This document shows positions 9,613-17,749 of a DNA stretch of 34,662 nt, one piece after another (the first letter of the stretch is position 1; each line of letters opens with the position of its first letter). Source of the stretch: a virus (lineage: Duplodnaviria > Caudoviricetes); the IMG/VR virus record IMGVR_UViG_3300031974_000499, positions 1 to 34,662 of that record; one strand, written 5' to 3'. The translations under genes and the position numbers were made by a program. The notes beneath the pieces were generated by a model that made no database searches, was not told the origin of the DNA, and saw only the letters and a program-made list of their open reading frames with translations.

Positions 9613-11195
9613 CACAAACAATTAAATTAAAAAGGTCTTCTACAGAAGGACAAGCGCCTTCCGAAGGAGACTTAGCTTTAGGTGAAGTAGCCATCAATAC
9701 TTATGATGGTAAGATGTATATTAAGAAAGATACAGGTACGGTTCAAACACCTGTAGAGTCTATTGTAGAAATTACTGAAACAAATATTGTAGATGATACT
9801 ACACCTGAGCTAGGCGGTAACTTAGATTTAAACAGTAAGAAAATAGTAGGTGACGGTGGGCTACAGCTAGGCTACGGTACTTCACATACAGACAGTTTAG
9901 GGATAACATCAGGCGTTAACAGTTTTAACTATGGTTGGAATCAGATTCAAAGCGCACAAAACACTTTAAGCACTGGTGATAGAAATCTTATTGGCGGTTA
10001 TGCAAATTTAATAGGTACGTACGAACAGCATGATACCGCTCCTGAGTATGGTACTGCAACAGGGCAGGTAGGTATTACCGCTACTTCTTTTACTTTGTCT
10101 ACTACAGGAACTACTACTGACTTACCTACTGTATTCCCTACTCCTGCCATTTTGGTAAAAGGAGCTTCTAGAGAATTAGTTGTTATAACAGGAACAACAG
10201 AAGACAGTACAGATACTTACACTGTTGAAGTAATACGTGGTTCTACGTTTGGTGATACTAGTTATGGGCTTACAAATCCTACTTTAGAAGTTGTGGGCGA
10301 TAAACTAGTTGCAAATGATAATATTGTTTCAGGAAGTACTAACAAAGTAGGGCAATATGGTACTCTTTTAAACTCTAACAGAAACATAGTACAGGGTTGG
10401 AACAATAAAGCTTCTAACGTACAGGATAGTTTAGTTGTAGGAAGAGAACACTTTGTTAGCAGGGTGAGTCACTCTTTAATAGCAGGTCTGGGTATAAGAA
10501 CTACTTCAGACGAAAACTACAATAACATTAGTGAAGCCTGTCTTGCAGTAACTCGGTGGGATGACTCTTTTGGATATCCTAAGATTCAAGGGGTAGCTCA
10601 AGTTAACTTAGGCTCTGGTAATCAAAACTATAGAAACTCCCACAACTCTCAGACTATGGGTAGAGGATGTATAGTAGGCTCTAGTAATAATAATGAGTCA
10701 GCCCATAACGCAATGGCTGTAGGTTACGCTAACAGAACCTGGTTAGACAATGGTTTCTCTGGCGGTAACAACTCAGATTGTTTTAGTAATAGTGGTATGG
10801 CGTTTGGTCATGGTGCTGTAGCTAGTAAAGCTGATTCTAACTTTGCGTTTGGTAAAGGTGTTACTACTCCTATTAGCGGAAGCGCGGCAGAGTCTGATGG
10901 TCAGGTTGCGGTAGGTAGGTATAACAAGTACGACAACGGTGAAGATGAGTTCTTTAGTGTTGGTACAGGAACTTCAAATGCTAATCGATATACCTCCTTT
11001 GCTATTCAAGATAGAACTGCTGATTCTAAAACAGACACTACAGGGTTTTGTGGGATTGTTATGAAGGCTCTTGCAGAGTCTCCAATATACGCTAGTGATT
11101 CGGCGGCGGCTACAGGTGGTGTTCCTATAGGTGGTTTATATAGATATGGAGCAAGCGCATCAACAGCAAACAACATTAGAATACGAGTAGTGTGA
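9609..11195 (+). CDS. Tail fibre / receptor-binding protein 2
   Basis: MAQTIKLKRSS...LALGEVAINTYDGKMY N-terminal domain, DTTPELGGNLDLNS, G/N/S-rich beta-roll-like repeats (AMAVGY, GMAFGHGAVA, FAFGKG) and FSVGTGTS. Confidence 0.85.
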   Translation: MAQTIKLKRSSTEGQAPSEGDLALGEVAINTYDGKMYIKKDTGTVQTPVESIVEITETNIVDDTTPELGGNLDLNSKKIVGDGGLQLGYGTSHTDSLGITSGVNSFNYGWNQIQSAQNTLSTGDRNLIGGYANLIGTYEQHDTAPEYGTATGQVGITATSFTLSTTGTTTDLPTVFPTPAILVKGASRELVVITGTTEDSTDTYTVEVIRGSTFGDTSYGLTNPTLEVVGDKLVANDNIVSGSTNKVGQYGTLLNSNRNIVQGWNNKASNVQDSLVVGREHFVSRVSHSLIAGLGIRTTSDENYNNISEACLAVTRWDDSFGYPKIQGVAQVNLGSGNQNYRNSHNSQTMGRGCIVGSSNNNESAHNAMAVGYANRTWLDNGFSGGNNSDCFSNSGMAFGHGAVASKADSNFAFGKGVTTPISGSAAESDGQVAVGRYNKYDNGEDEFFSVGTGTSNANRYTSFAIQDRTADSKTDTTGFCGIVMKALAESPIYASDSAAATGGVPIGGLYRYGASASTANNIRIRVV

Positions 11196-11205
11196 GGAGA
11201 ATATT

Positions 11206-11568
11206 ATGATAACATTTAAAGTTACTGGTATTAAGCACGATGAAAACGGTGGTATTACTAAAGTAGAATGGACAGCTAGAAAAGACACTACCATACCTGC
11301 TCGTCAATATGGAACAGTAGAATTTACACCTAACTCTGAAAGCAATAGCTTTGTTTCTTTTGAGTCTCTTACAGAAGAACAAGTATCAGGTTGGATAGAA
11401 AGTAGCTTAGGAGAAGAAGCTATAGCTCAGCTCGAAGCTAACATAGATGCTGTTGTAGCTCAACACGAAGCAAAACAAAGTGAGCCTACACAGCAAAACA
11501 CACCGTGGCATGTAGACCCTGTAATGGCAATGATGGGTGACGCAGATGATAGAAGAAAGGAAGCATAA
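11206..11568 (+). CDS. Probable tail fibre-associated/assembly protein
   Basis: Directly follows fibre 2 with a GAGGAG RBS. The FVSFESLTEEQVSGWI...LG motif and C-terminal PW are typical of small genes following fibres. Confidence 0.6.
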   Translation: MITFKVTGIKHDENGGITKVEWTARKDTTIPARQYGTVEFTPNSESNSFVSFESLTEEQVSGWIESSLGEEAIAQLEANIDAVVAQHEAKQSEPTQQNTPWHVDPVMAMMGDADDRRKEA

Positions 11569-11569
11569 A

Positions 11570-11734
11570 ATGACTAATGAAGCTAAACAAGCCGTAGATT
11601 TAGCCGCGGCTTCAACAGGTCTTGCCTCATTAGCGGCGTGGCTACCTCCATTGGCTAGCCTGTTTACTATTATATGGCTAGGTCTTCGTATTTATGAATC
11701 ACCTACAGTACAGAAGATTATCCATAAAAAGTGA
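11570..11734 (+). CDS. Small membrane protein, holin-like
   Basis: 54 aa from ATG 11570 (AAGGA upstream). Hydrophobic LAAWLPPLASLFTIIWLGLRIYE and a basic C-terminus. Confidence 0.6.
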   Translation: MTNEAKQAVDLAAASTGLASLAAWLPPLASLFTIIWLGLRIYESPTVQKIIHKK

Positions 11735-12357
11735 AAAGACTATTCTGTTTGCTAATGATGTTGTCGTGGGTAACTTTGGCTGACAATACACAAGAGGGTT
11801 CTCTGAATACGTTTCATGGGGACAATAGTACAACAAACAGTAATAACGTAACAACAGATACATCAACTAGTAACACATACAATGGTGCAGGAAGCAGTAG
11901 TGAAATACCAGTAGGCTCTGCTATTACACCAAGCTATATGTCCAACGGTATGGATACTTGTCTTAAAGGAACAGGTGGTTCTTTACAGACAGTAGGTTTA
12001 GGGATAAGCACAGGTAGTTACGATGTAGACCCTAACTGTGACCGTAGACGCGATGCTAAGCTGTTGTCAGATTTAGGCATGAAGGTAGCCGCAGTAGCTA
12101 GGTTATGTGAATCAGTAGAAGTATGGAGAAGCATGTTTCTGTCAGGTACGCCTTGTCCCATACTAAGCAATGGTAAGTTAGTTGTAGGTAAAAGAGCTAT
12201 ACTAACTATGAAAAGACAGCCAGAGATTTACATACCTGATTACAATGAAGATACTAAGGAATGGTATAACACTCTACTAAACATTGGAGGAGAGGACACG
12301 GATGAAGAAGATGATACTATCTCTGTTAGTGCTAAGTTCCGTAGCACAAAGCAGTGA
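11731..12357 (+). CDS. Exported Cys-containing protein of unknown function
   Basis: Signal-peptide-like MKRLFCLLMMLSWVTLA, T/N/S-rich linker, and four Cys in the mature part (DTC, NCDRRR, GMKVAAVARLC, GTPCP). Confidence 0.8.
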   Translation: MKRLFCLLMMLSWVTLADNTQEGSLNTFHGDNSTTNSNNVTTDTSTSNTYNGAGSSSEIPVGSAITPSYMSNGMDTCLKGTGGSLQTVGLGISTGSYDVDPNCDRRRDAKLLSDLGMKVAAVARLCESVEVWRSMFLSGTPCPILSNGKLVVGKRAILTMKRQPEIYIPDYNEDTKEWYNTLLNIGGEDTDEEDDTISVSAKFRSTKQ

Positions 12358-13135
12358 GTTAGACAACCTAATTAATGCTTCTAGTGCTATGGTAGATCAA
12401 ATAGATAAAGGTATTAAGTTAGTCGGAGCGGCTACAGAATATTCATATCAAGGTAGTGGGTTATCTGACGGTACGTTGTCTAGCACAGCGCATATTAGTT
12501 CTGAGCAGTTGCAAGCATATAATGATGCGTTGTCAGGTATGTCTACTTATCAGCCGTTTGGTGATATAAAGAAAGTGCTAGAAAACAAAGCTGTTACAGA
12601 ACTTGGACTAATGGATGAAGCTATCGATACGTTTACAGAAGTAGTTGTAGACATGATTGCTGTTCAAGAAGTAGCAGAGATGGCAGAGTCAGCATCTAGC
12701 CCACAAGAAGAAGCAGACCTACAATCATTTGTAGCAGAGAATCAAGAAGTGTTAACCATTACGCAAGAAGAGGTTGATACTTATAACACAAGCATGGATG
12801 ACATTGAAACACACGCTAACAACGCTAGCGCATACACAGCCGTAGCAAACAATGAACAAGCTGTAGAGTTTCTAGAGCAAGGGATTGAGAACGCAAATAC
12901 CACAGCGGAGCAGACTAATATATTCTATGATGCAAACGCACAGTGGGTAGCTATGGGGTATAACACTACTAGAAACCTAACAGCAGTATACTTAAACAAT
13001 CAAAGCTTTAACTTAGATTTGTATATGTCAGAAGCAGACGTACTGTTAGCAGGGGCTGAGTCAGAGTATTATTTAACTGGGCCAACTAGTAAAGGTTATA
13101 ATTGTTTCATGTACGAAATGGAGTGTGAGCTTTGA
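12302..13135 (+). CDS. Exported acidic helical protein of unknown function
   Basis: Start moved to ATG 12302 (GAGGA upstream), which gives the signal peptide MKKMILSLLVLSSVAQS. The mature part is very acidic and ends CFMYEMECEL. Confidence 0.8.
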   Translation: MKKMILSLLVLSSVAQSSELDNLINASSAMVDQIDKGIKLVGAATEYSYQGSGLSDGTLSSTAHISSEQLQAYNDALSGMSTYQPFGDIKKVLENKAVTELGLMDEAIDTFTEVVVDMIAVQEVAEMAESASSPQEEADLQSFVAENQEVLTITQEEVDTYNTSMDDIETHANNASAYTAVANNEQAVEFLEQGIENANTTAEQTNIFYDANAQWVAMGYNTTRNLTAVYLNNQSFNLDLYMSEADVLLAGAESEYYLTGPTSKGYNCFMYEMECEL

Positions 13136-13605
13136 GTTTAGATACAACAGAATTAAAGATTGGTAAGACTACGTTTAAAGGTGCTTGGATTGCAGTAGTG
13201 TTTGCATTAGCGTCAACTATTGGTGGTGGTGTATGGACAGCTTCAAGTCTGTATTCTAGATTAGAAATTGTAGAAAAGAAATCTTCTAATGTCAAGCCTC
13301 TTGTAGAAAAGGTAACTCTAATAGAGCAAAGATTAGAAGACAACGATGTGAGCCAATTAAAGGGCAAATTAGCCACTTTAGGTACACGCCTAGATACCCT
13401 ACTAAGTCAGCAGAAAAACCTCTTAGAATTGAAGGACGAGGTTGCTGAGCTATCTAAGGACATTGAGAGTATACGTGGTATAGTTACAGCCGCTGAAGTT
13501 CTTACTAAAGATTTAGGTGATACTCAGAAAGAACTAAAGAAGATAAATAAAGAAATTGATGACGTATGGGATGGGATGGACTACCTGTCTAATCCTTTAA
13601 AGTAG
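13132..13605 (+). CDS. Membrane-anchored coiled-coil protein
   Basis: N-terminal TM segment AWIAVVFALASTIGGGVW, long heptad region, ends LSNPLK. Confidence 0.75.
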   Translation: MSLDTTELKIGKTTFKGAWIAVVFALASTIGGGVWTASSLYSRLEIVEKKSSNVKPLVEKVTLIEQRLEDNDVSQLKGKLATLGTRLDTLLSQQKNLLELKDEVAELSKDIESIRGIVTAAEVLTKDLGDTQKELKKINKEIDDVWDGMDYLSNPLK

Positions 13606-13613
13606 GAGATAAC

Positions 13614-13898
13614 ATGGCTAAGAAGAAAGACCCAAGACTAGCAAGAGCAGGTGTATCAGGATACAACAAACCTAAGCGTACACCTAATCATCCTAAGAAG
13701 TCACATGTTGTTGTAGCTAAAGAAGGTGATAAAGTAAAGACTATACGCTATGGGCAACAAGGAGTTAAAGGTGCAGGTAAGAATCCTAAGACTGCATCAG
13801 AGAAAGCAAGACGTAAGTCCTTTAAAGCTAGACACGCTAAGAACATTGCAAAGGGTAAAATGTCTGCGGCATATTGGGCAAATAAATCCAAGTGGTAG
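13614..13898 (+). CDS. Small highly basic protein
   Basis: 94 aa K/R-rich, AGGAG RBS, RRKSFKARH...SAAYWANKSKW. Confidence 0.85.
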   Translation: MAKKKDPRLARAGVSGYNKPKRTPNHPKKSHVVVAKEGDKVKTIRYGQQGVKGAGKNPKTASEKARRKSFKARHAKNIAKGKMSAAYWANKSKW

Positions 13899-13907
13899 GG
13901 GGTCGGA

Positions 13908-13988
13908 ATGTACAGGTATAGCAAGCCAAAGAAGACTAAGAAAAAGAAAGTAACTGTCAAGAGAAAAGGAAAGAAACGTGCCTACTAA
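13908..13988 (+). CDS. 26-aa Lys-rich peptide (not in ORF track)
   Basis: MYRYSKPKKTKKKKVTVKRKGKKRAY*. AGGGGGT lies upstream, and the ORF fills the gap between two basic genes. Confidence 0.55.
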   Translation: MYRYSKPKKTKKKKVTVKRKGKKRAY

Positions 13989-14175
13989 AAGAAAACCTGC
14001 TAAGAAGAAGTCTACAGTAAACTCAGCAGGTAACTACACTAAACCAACCATGCGTAAGAATCTGTTTAATAAGATTAAGGCAGGTAGTAAAGGTGGTAAG
14101 GCAGGTCAATGGTCAGCTCGTAAGGCACAGATACTAGCTAAAGAGTACAAAGCTAAAGGTGGAGGATATAGATAA
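13978..14175 (+). CDS. Small basic protein (DUF5872-like N-terminal half)
   Basis: NYTKPTMRK...KGGKAGQWSARKAQILAKEYKAKGGGY. Confidence 0.8.
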   Translation: MPTKRKPAKKKSTVNSAGNYTKPTMRKNLFNKIKAGSKGGKAGQWSARKAQILAKEYKAKGGGYR

Positions 14176-14432
14176 TGCCTCTAAAGAAATCACAGAAAAG
14201 TTTAAAGAAGTGGACAAAAGAAAAGTGGGGTACTAAGTCAGGTAAGAATAGTACTCAAGGTAAGAAAGCTACAGGTGAACGATACTTACCAAAGAAAGCT
14301 AGAGACGCTTTGTCTAAAAAGGAATATGCCGCTACCTCTCGAAAGAAGAGAGCAGATACCAAGAAAGGTAAACAGCATAGTAAACAACCAAAAAGAATAG
14401 CTAAGAAAACAGCTAGATATAGAAGAGGTTAA
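14175..14432 (+). CDS. Small basic protein (DUF5872-like C-terminal half)
   Basis: SQKSLKKWTKEKWGTKSG...GERYLPKKA, TAATG-coupled to the previous gene. Confidence 0.8.
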   Translation: MPLKKSQKSLKKWTKEKWGTKSGKNSTQGKKATGERYLPKKARDALSKKEYAATSRKKRADTKKGKQHSKQPKRIAKKTARYRRG

Positions 14433-14434
14433 TA

Positions 14435-15187
14435 ATGGGACTTGAAACAGTAAGCGTTGGTACTAACGCGGCAAAGATAGGGGAGTTAAATCCCGCTAAC
14501 CCTACAGCGGCTGATGCAGTTAATAAAGGTGACGATCACCTTCGTAATATTAAGAAAGTAATTAAAGATACTTTTTCTGGTATTAATGCTGAAGGTGATA
14601 ATGCAGTAACTGTTACGGCTGAAAGTGCTGAGCTAAATATCTTAGACGGCGCTACTCTTACTACAGCTCAACTAAACATTCTTGATGGCGCTACTCTAGA
14701 TACGGATGAGCTAAACATTCTTGATGGCGCTACTATAGATACTGACGCTCTTAACTTGCTTGGCGATCTTAAATCTGGCGTAGGTATTGTTAATATATTT
14801 GACACAATATATCCTACAGGTTCTATTTACATGTCAACTGCTAGTACCGACCCTAGTACGTTGTTTCCAAATACTACGTGGGCTGTGTTTGGAGAAGGTA
14901 AAGTTTTAGTAGGCTTTGATGACGATGATTCTGATTTCTCGGCAGGTGCTACAGGTGGTTCTAAAACGCATACGCTTACTATTGACGAGATGCCTTCGCA
15001 CCGCCACGGTGGTATTTACCCTACAGGGTCAGCAGGAGCATTAACGGAATCGCATTTTGATGTAGATAATCCAGGAAGCGGTAACGATGAAGAAGATGAA
15101 AAAGTTACAGGATACACTGGCGGAGGCGGCGCTCATAACAACTTGCAACCTTACGTTACTGTTTACATGTGGACAAGGACTGCTTAA
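14435..15187 (+). CDS. Short tail fibre/spike with collar-like (T4 gp10 C-terminal-like) domain
   Basis: N-terminal LNPANP...GDDHLRNIK anchor; IYPTGSIYMS, GKVLVG, GGSKTHTLTIDEMPSHRH and AHNNLQPYVTVYMWTRTA. Confidence 0.8.
   Translation: MGLETVSVGTNAAKIGELNPANPTAADAVNKGDDHLRNIKKVIKDTFSGINAEGDNAVTVTAESAELNILDGATLTTAQLNILDGATLDTDELNILDGATIDTDALNLLGDLKSGVGIVNIFDTIYPTGSIYMSTASTDPSTLFPNTTWAVFGEGKVLVGFDDDDSDFSAGATGGSKTHTLTIDEMPSHRHGGIYPTGSAGALTESHFDVDNPGSGNDEEDEKVTGYTGGGGAHNNLQPYVTVYMWTRTA
14627..14764 (+). repeat. 39-bp (13-aa) tandem repeat x3.5
   Basis: AELNILDGATLTT / AQLNILDGATLDT / DELNILDGATIDT / DALNLLG. Confidence 0.9.
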
Positions 15188-16810
15188 ATGCCTTTTAAGA
15201 AGATAGAAGTAACCCGACCTCGTGGAATTAACGCAGACCTATCTCCTTACGAAATGCCTAATGAATTGTGGAGTAATGGTAATAATGTTGACTTTAACGG
15301 TGCTAGGGTTAATGTAGCTTTAGGATATCAAAGAGTACTATCAACTCAACAGCTATCTATTATACCTAAACACGCTATTGCTTTTAAAGATGGTTCTACA
15401 GATTACTGGTATTATGCAGGTGATACTAAGATTTATAGAACTGATGGTACTAACCACGATAATGTAACTCGTCAAACTAATACAGTAGATGTAGACTACA
15501 CTCCTGAGTTTCATAGCGTTACAGGAGCTAGGCAACATACTGGTTGGACTTCAAACGTATTTAACGGTGCTTTACTATTAAACAATGGTTATGATGCTCC
15601 GCAGGTTTACGACACTACTGGGAGTAAACTGGAAGACCTTACCGCTTGGCCTTCTGCGGATAGATGTGGTGTACTGCGTCCGTTTAAGAACTATCTAATT
15701 GCGTTAGATATTAATGATGGTGGTACTAGAAGACCTACGATGGTTAGATGGAGTGATACAGCTCCCTTAGGTGGAGTACCTGCGTCATGGGATTCAACAG
15801 ACCCTGCGTCTCAAGCAGGTTATAATATTCTTCCAGATACTCAAGGTCAAGTTGTAGAAGGTATGGCACTAGGTGATACGTTCTTTATCTATAAGAATGA
15901 CGCAGTATGGGCTATGCAGTTTATTGGAGGTAACTTTGTATTCTCGTTTAGAAAAGTATTTAGTGATGTGGGTATCTTGGCTAAAGACTGTGTTGCTGAA
16001 TATGACAATAAACACTTTGTTGTTGGTGTTGATGATGTTTATGTTCACGATGGTACAACTAAGAAGTCTGTCATCTCAAATAAAATGCATGACTTTTTCT
16101 ATAACGACATCAATACAGAACATGTTTCCAAAGTAAGGTGCGTTGTTAACAACTCTAGAAAAGAAATGATAATCTATTATCCTAATTCTAACAGTGAAGA
16201 CGGTATAGCTAATACAGCCCTTACTTGGAACTGGGAATCAGACTCTTGGAGTAAGCGAGACATTGGAGAAGTAAGTCACATTACTACAGGTCTTGTTGCT
16301 TTAGATGGTACAGATACTCGTCAGTGGTCTTCTTCTGGAGATACTGCTACATGGGAAGGTAGTACAGGTGTGTGGGATAGTCAGACATACAACCCTGCCG
16401 TAGATTCTTTAGTTTATATTACTCAAGGAGATACGGCCGCTTCTTCTTACTTTAATTTAGGAAACACTGGCGTTAACATGTTATTAGATGACGCAACTCA
16501 TTCTTCTTATCAGTCCTTTGTAGAAAGAGAAGGCATAGACTTTGGAGACGATAAAGGATACAAGTATGTACATGCTATCTATCCTCACATGGTTGGTGAA
16601 GGGACTATAAAGATATATGTAGGTTCTGAAGAGTTTCAAGGTGGTGGTATATCGTGGTCTCAGCCTCAAGAGTTTGTTGTTGGTCAGGATTACAAGGTTA
16701 ACTTTAGAAAAAGCGGTAGGTATATTGCTGTTAGGTTTGAGAGTGAAGGCGGTACGTTGTGGGGACTAACAGGGTACTCTCTGGAATATAGCTTTGAGGG
16801 TAGACAGTGA
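15188..16810 (+). CDS. Tail nozzle / DNA stabilisation protein (P22 gp10 / tail tubular B-like)
   Basis: 540 aa, beta-rich and W/Y/D-rich, with VRWSD and C-terminal SGRYIAVRF. Lies before the ejection genes. Confidence 0.8.
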   Translation: MPFKKIEVTRPRGINADLSPYEMPNELWSNGNNVDFNGARVNVALGYQRVLSTQQLSIIPKHAIAFKDGSTDYWYYAGDTKIYRTDGTNHDNVTRQTNTVDVDYTPEFHSVTGARQHTGWTSNVFNGALLLNNGYDAPQVYDTTGSKLEDLTAWPSADRCGVLRPFKNYLIALDINDGGTRRPTMVRWSDTAPLGGVPASWDSTDPASQAGYNILPDTQGQVVEGMALGDTFFIYKNDAVWAMQFIGGNFVFSFRKVFSDVGILAKDCVAEYDNKHFVVGVDDVYVHDGTTKKSVISNKMHDFFYNDINTEHVSKVRCVVNNSRKEMIIYYPNSNSEDGIANTALTWNWESDSWSKRDIGEVSHITTGLVALDGTDTRQWSSSGDTATWEGSTGVWDSQTYNPAVDSLVYITQGDTAASSYFNLGNTGVNMLLDDATHSSYQSFVEREGIDFGDDKGYKYVHAIYPHMVGEGTIKIYVGSEEFQGGGISWSQPQEFVVGQDYKVNFRKSGRYIAVRFESEGGTLWGLTGYSLEYSFEGRQ

Positions 16811-17349
16811 GAAGAGAATACGTTCCAATGCCTCCTCCGCAGACTATTGAGGGCATACCTGTATACTTACAGAACGAGCTACAGCGTATCTCTAGATTCT
16901 TAGGCGGTATTAGTGAAATACATGATTCAGGTATGTTTCTATCTACAGAGGGAGCTACAATGGATCTTACAACTACACCCACTACTGTTACAGCTTACGA
17001 CACTGTTAGAGCAGATCAAGAAGGTTTAGTAGCTGACAAAGACGATGGTACGTTTACTTTCTTATCAGCAAGTAGATATCGTTTAAACTTTAGTGCAAAC
17101 ATGAGTCATCAGGCAGGAGGCTCAACAGACACTACGATTGGTGTATATATAAACGATGTATTGCAGGGCGGTACAGAGCATACACTAAACTTTAATGGCT
17201 CTCATTACCTCCCTGTGTCCTTCACTGCTAAAGGAACAGCAGAGCAGGGCGATGTAGTAAAGATAAAGATGGCTATGGATAGCGGAACTTCAACAGTAAC
17301 ATTTAACATACTAGACGTAGACATTGAAGGTAAGTCGATAGATGTATAG
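16807..17349 (+). CDS. Virion protein, possible tail needle/knob
   Basis: N-terminal helix YLQNELQRIS followed by a beta-sandwich-like domain. GTGA overlap with the nozzle gene. Confidence 0.55.
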   Translation: MRREYVPMPPPQTIEGIPVYLQNELQRISRFLGGISEIHDSGMFLSTEGATMDLTTTPTTVTAYDTVRADQEGLVADKDDGTFTFLSASRYRLNFSANMSHQAGGSTDTTIGVYINDVLQGGTEHTLNFNGSHYLPVSFTAKGTAEQGDVVKIKMAMDSGTSTVTFNILDVDIEGKSIDV

Positions 17350-17749
17350 ATTTAGCAGAGTAACAGACGTAGCTGAGATTCACAAGAACCAAGACACAAT
17401 CGTTGAATACTTAATGAAGGTGATTAACAAAACACCTGAAGTTACTTTTAAGCATGTCATGAAAGACATAGAGAAAGGCAACAGTCAGCTATGGCTTTCA
17501 TACAGAGGTAAGGAAGTATTAGGAGCGGTGGTTACAAAGGGTGTTACATATCCTGCAAGGTTTAGGTTGTTAATACATCTATGTGGCGGTAAGGATATTG
17601 AAGAATGGGTAGACTCAGCTATAAGCAATATAGAGAAGTTTGCTAAAGAGAAAGGCTTAGATGGCGTAGAAATATATGGAAGAAAAGGTTGGACAAAGTT
17701 AATACCTTCTTATTCTTCTGACATTGTATACATGGTAAAGGAGTTTTAA
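17342..17749 (+). CDS. GNAT-like fold protein of the tail/ejection module
   Basis: LIHLCGG...IEKFAKEKGLDGVEIYGRKGW. Occupies the same position as P22 gp14 and T7 gp13. Confidence 0.65.
   Translation: MYRFSRVTDVAEIHKNQDTIVEYLMKVINKTPEVTFKHVMKDIEKGNSQLWLSYRGKEVLGAVVTKGVTYPARFRLLIHLCGGKDIEEWVDSAISNIEKFAKEKGLDGVEIYGRKGWTKLIPSYSSDIVYMVKEF

Noticed and set aside
6896-11568. Diversity-generating retroelement or invertase-driven fibre switching
   Set aside because: No reverse transcriptase or recombinase, no template/variable repeat pair differing at adenines, and no inverted cassettes were seen.
14627-14764. CRISPR-like array
   Set aside because: The units are contiguous, in frame and coding, with no spacers.
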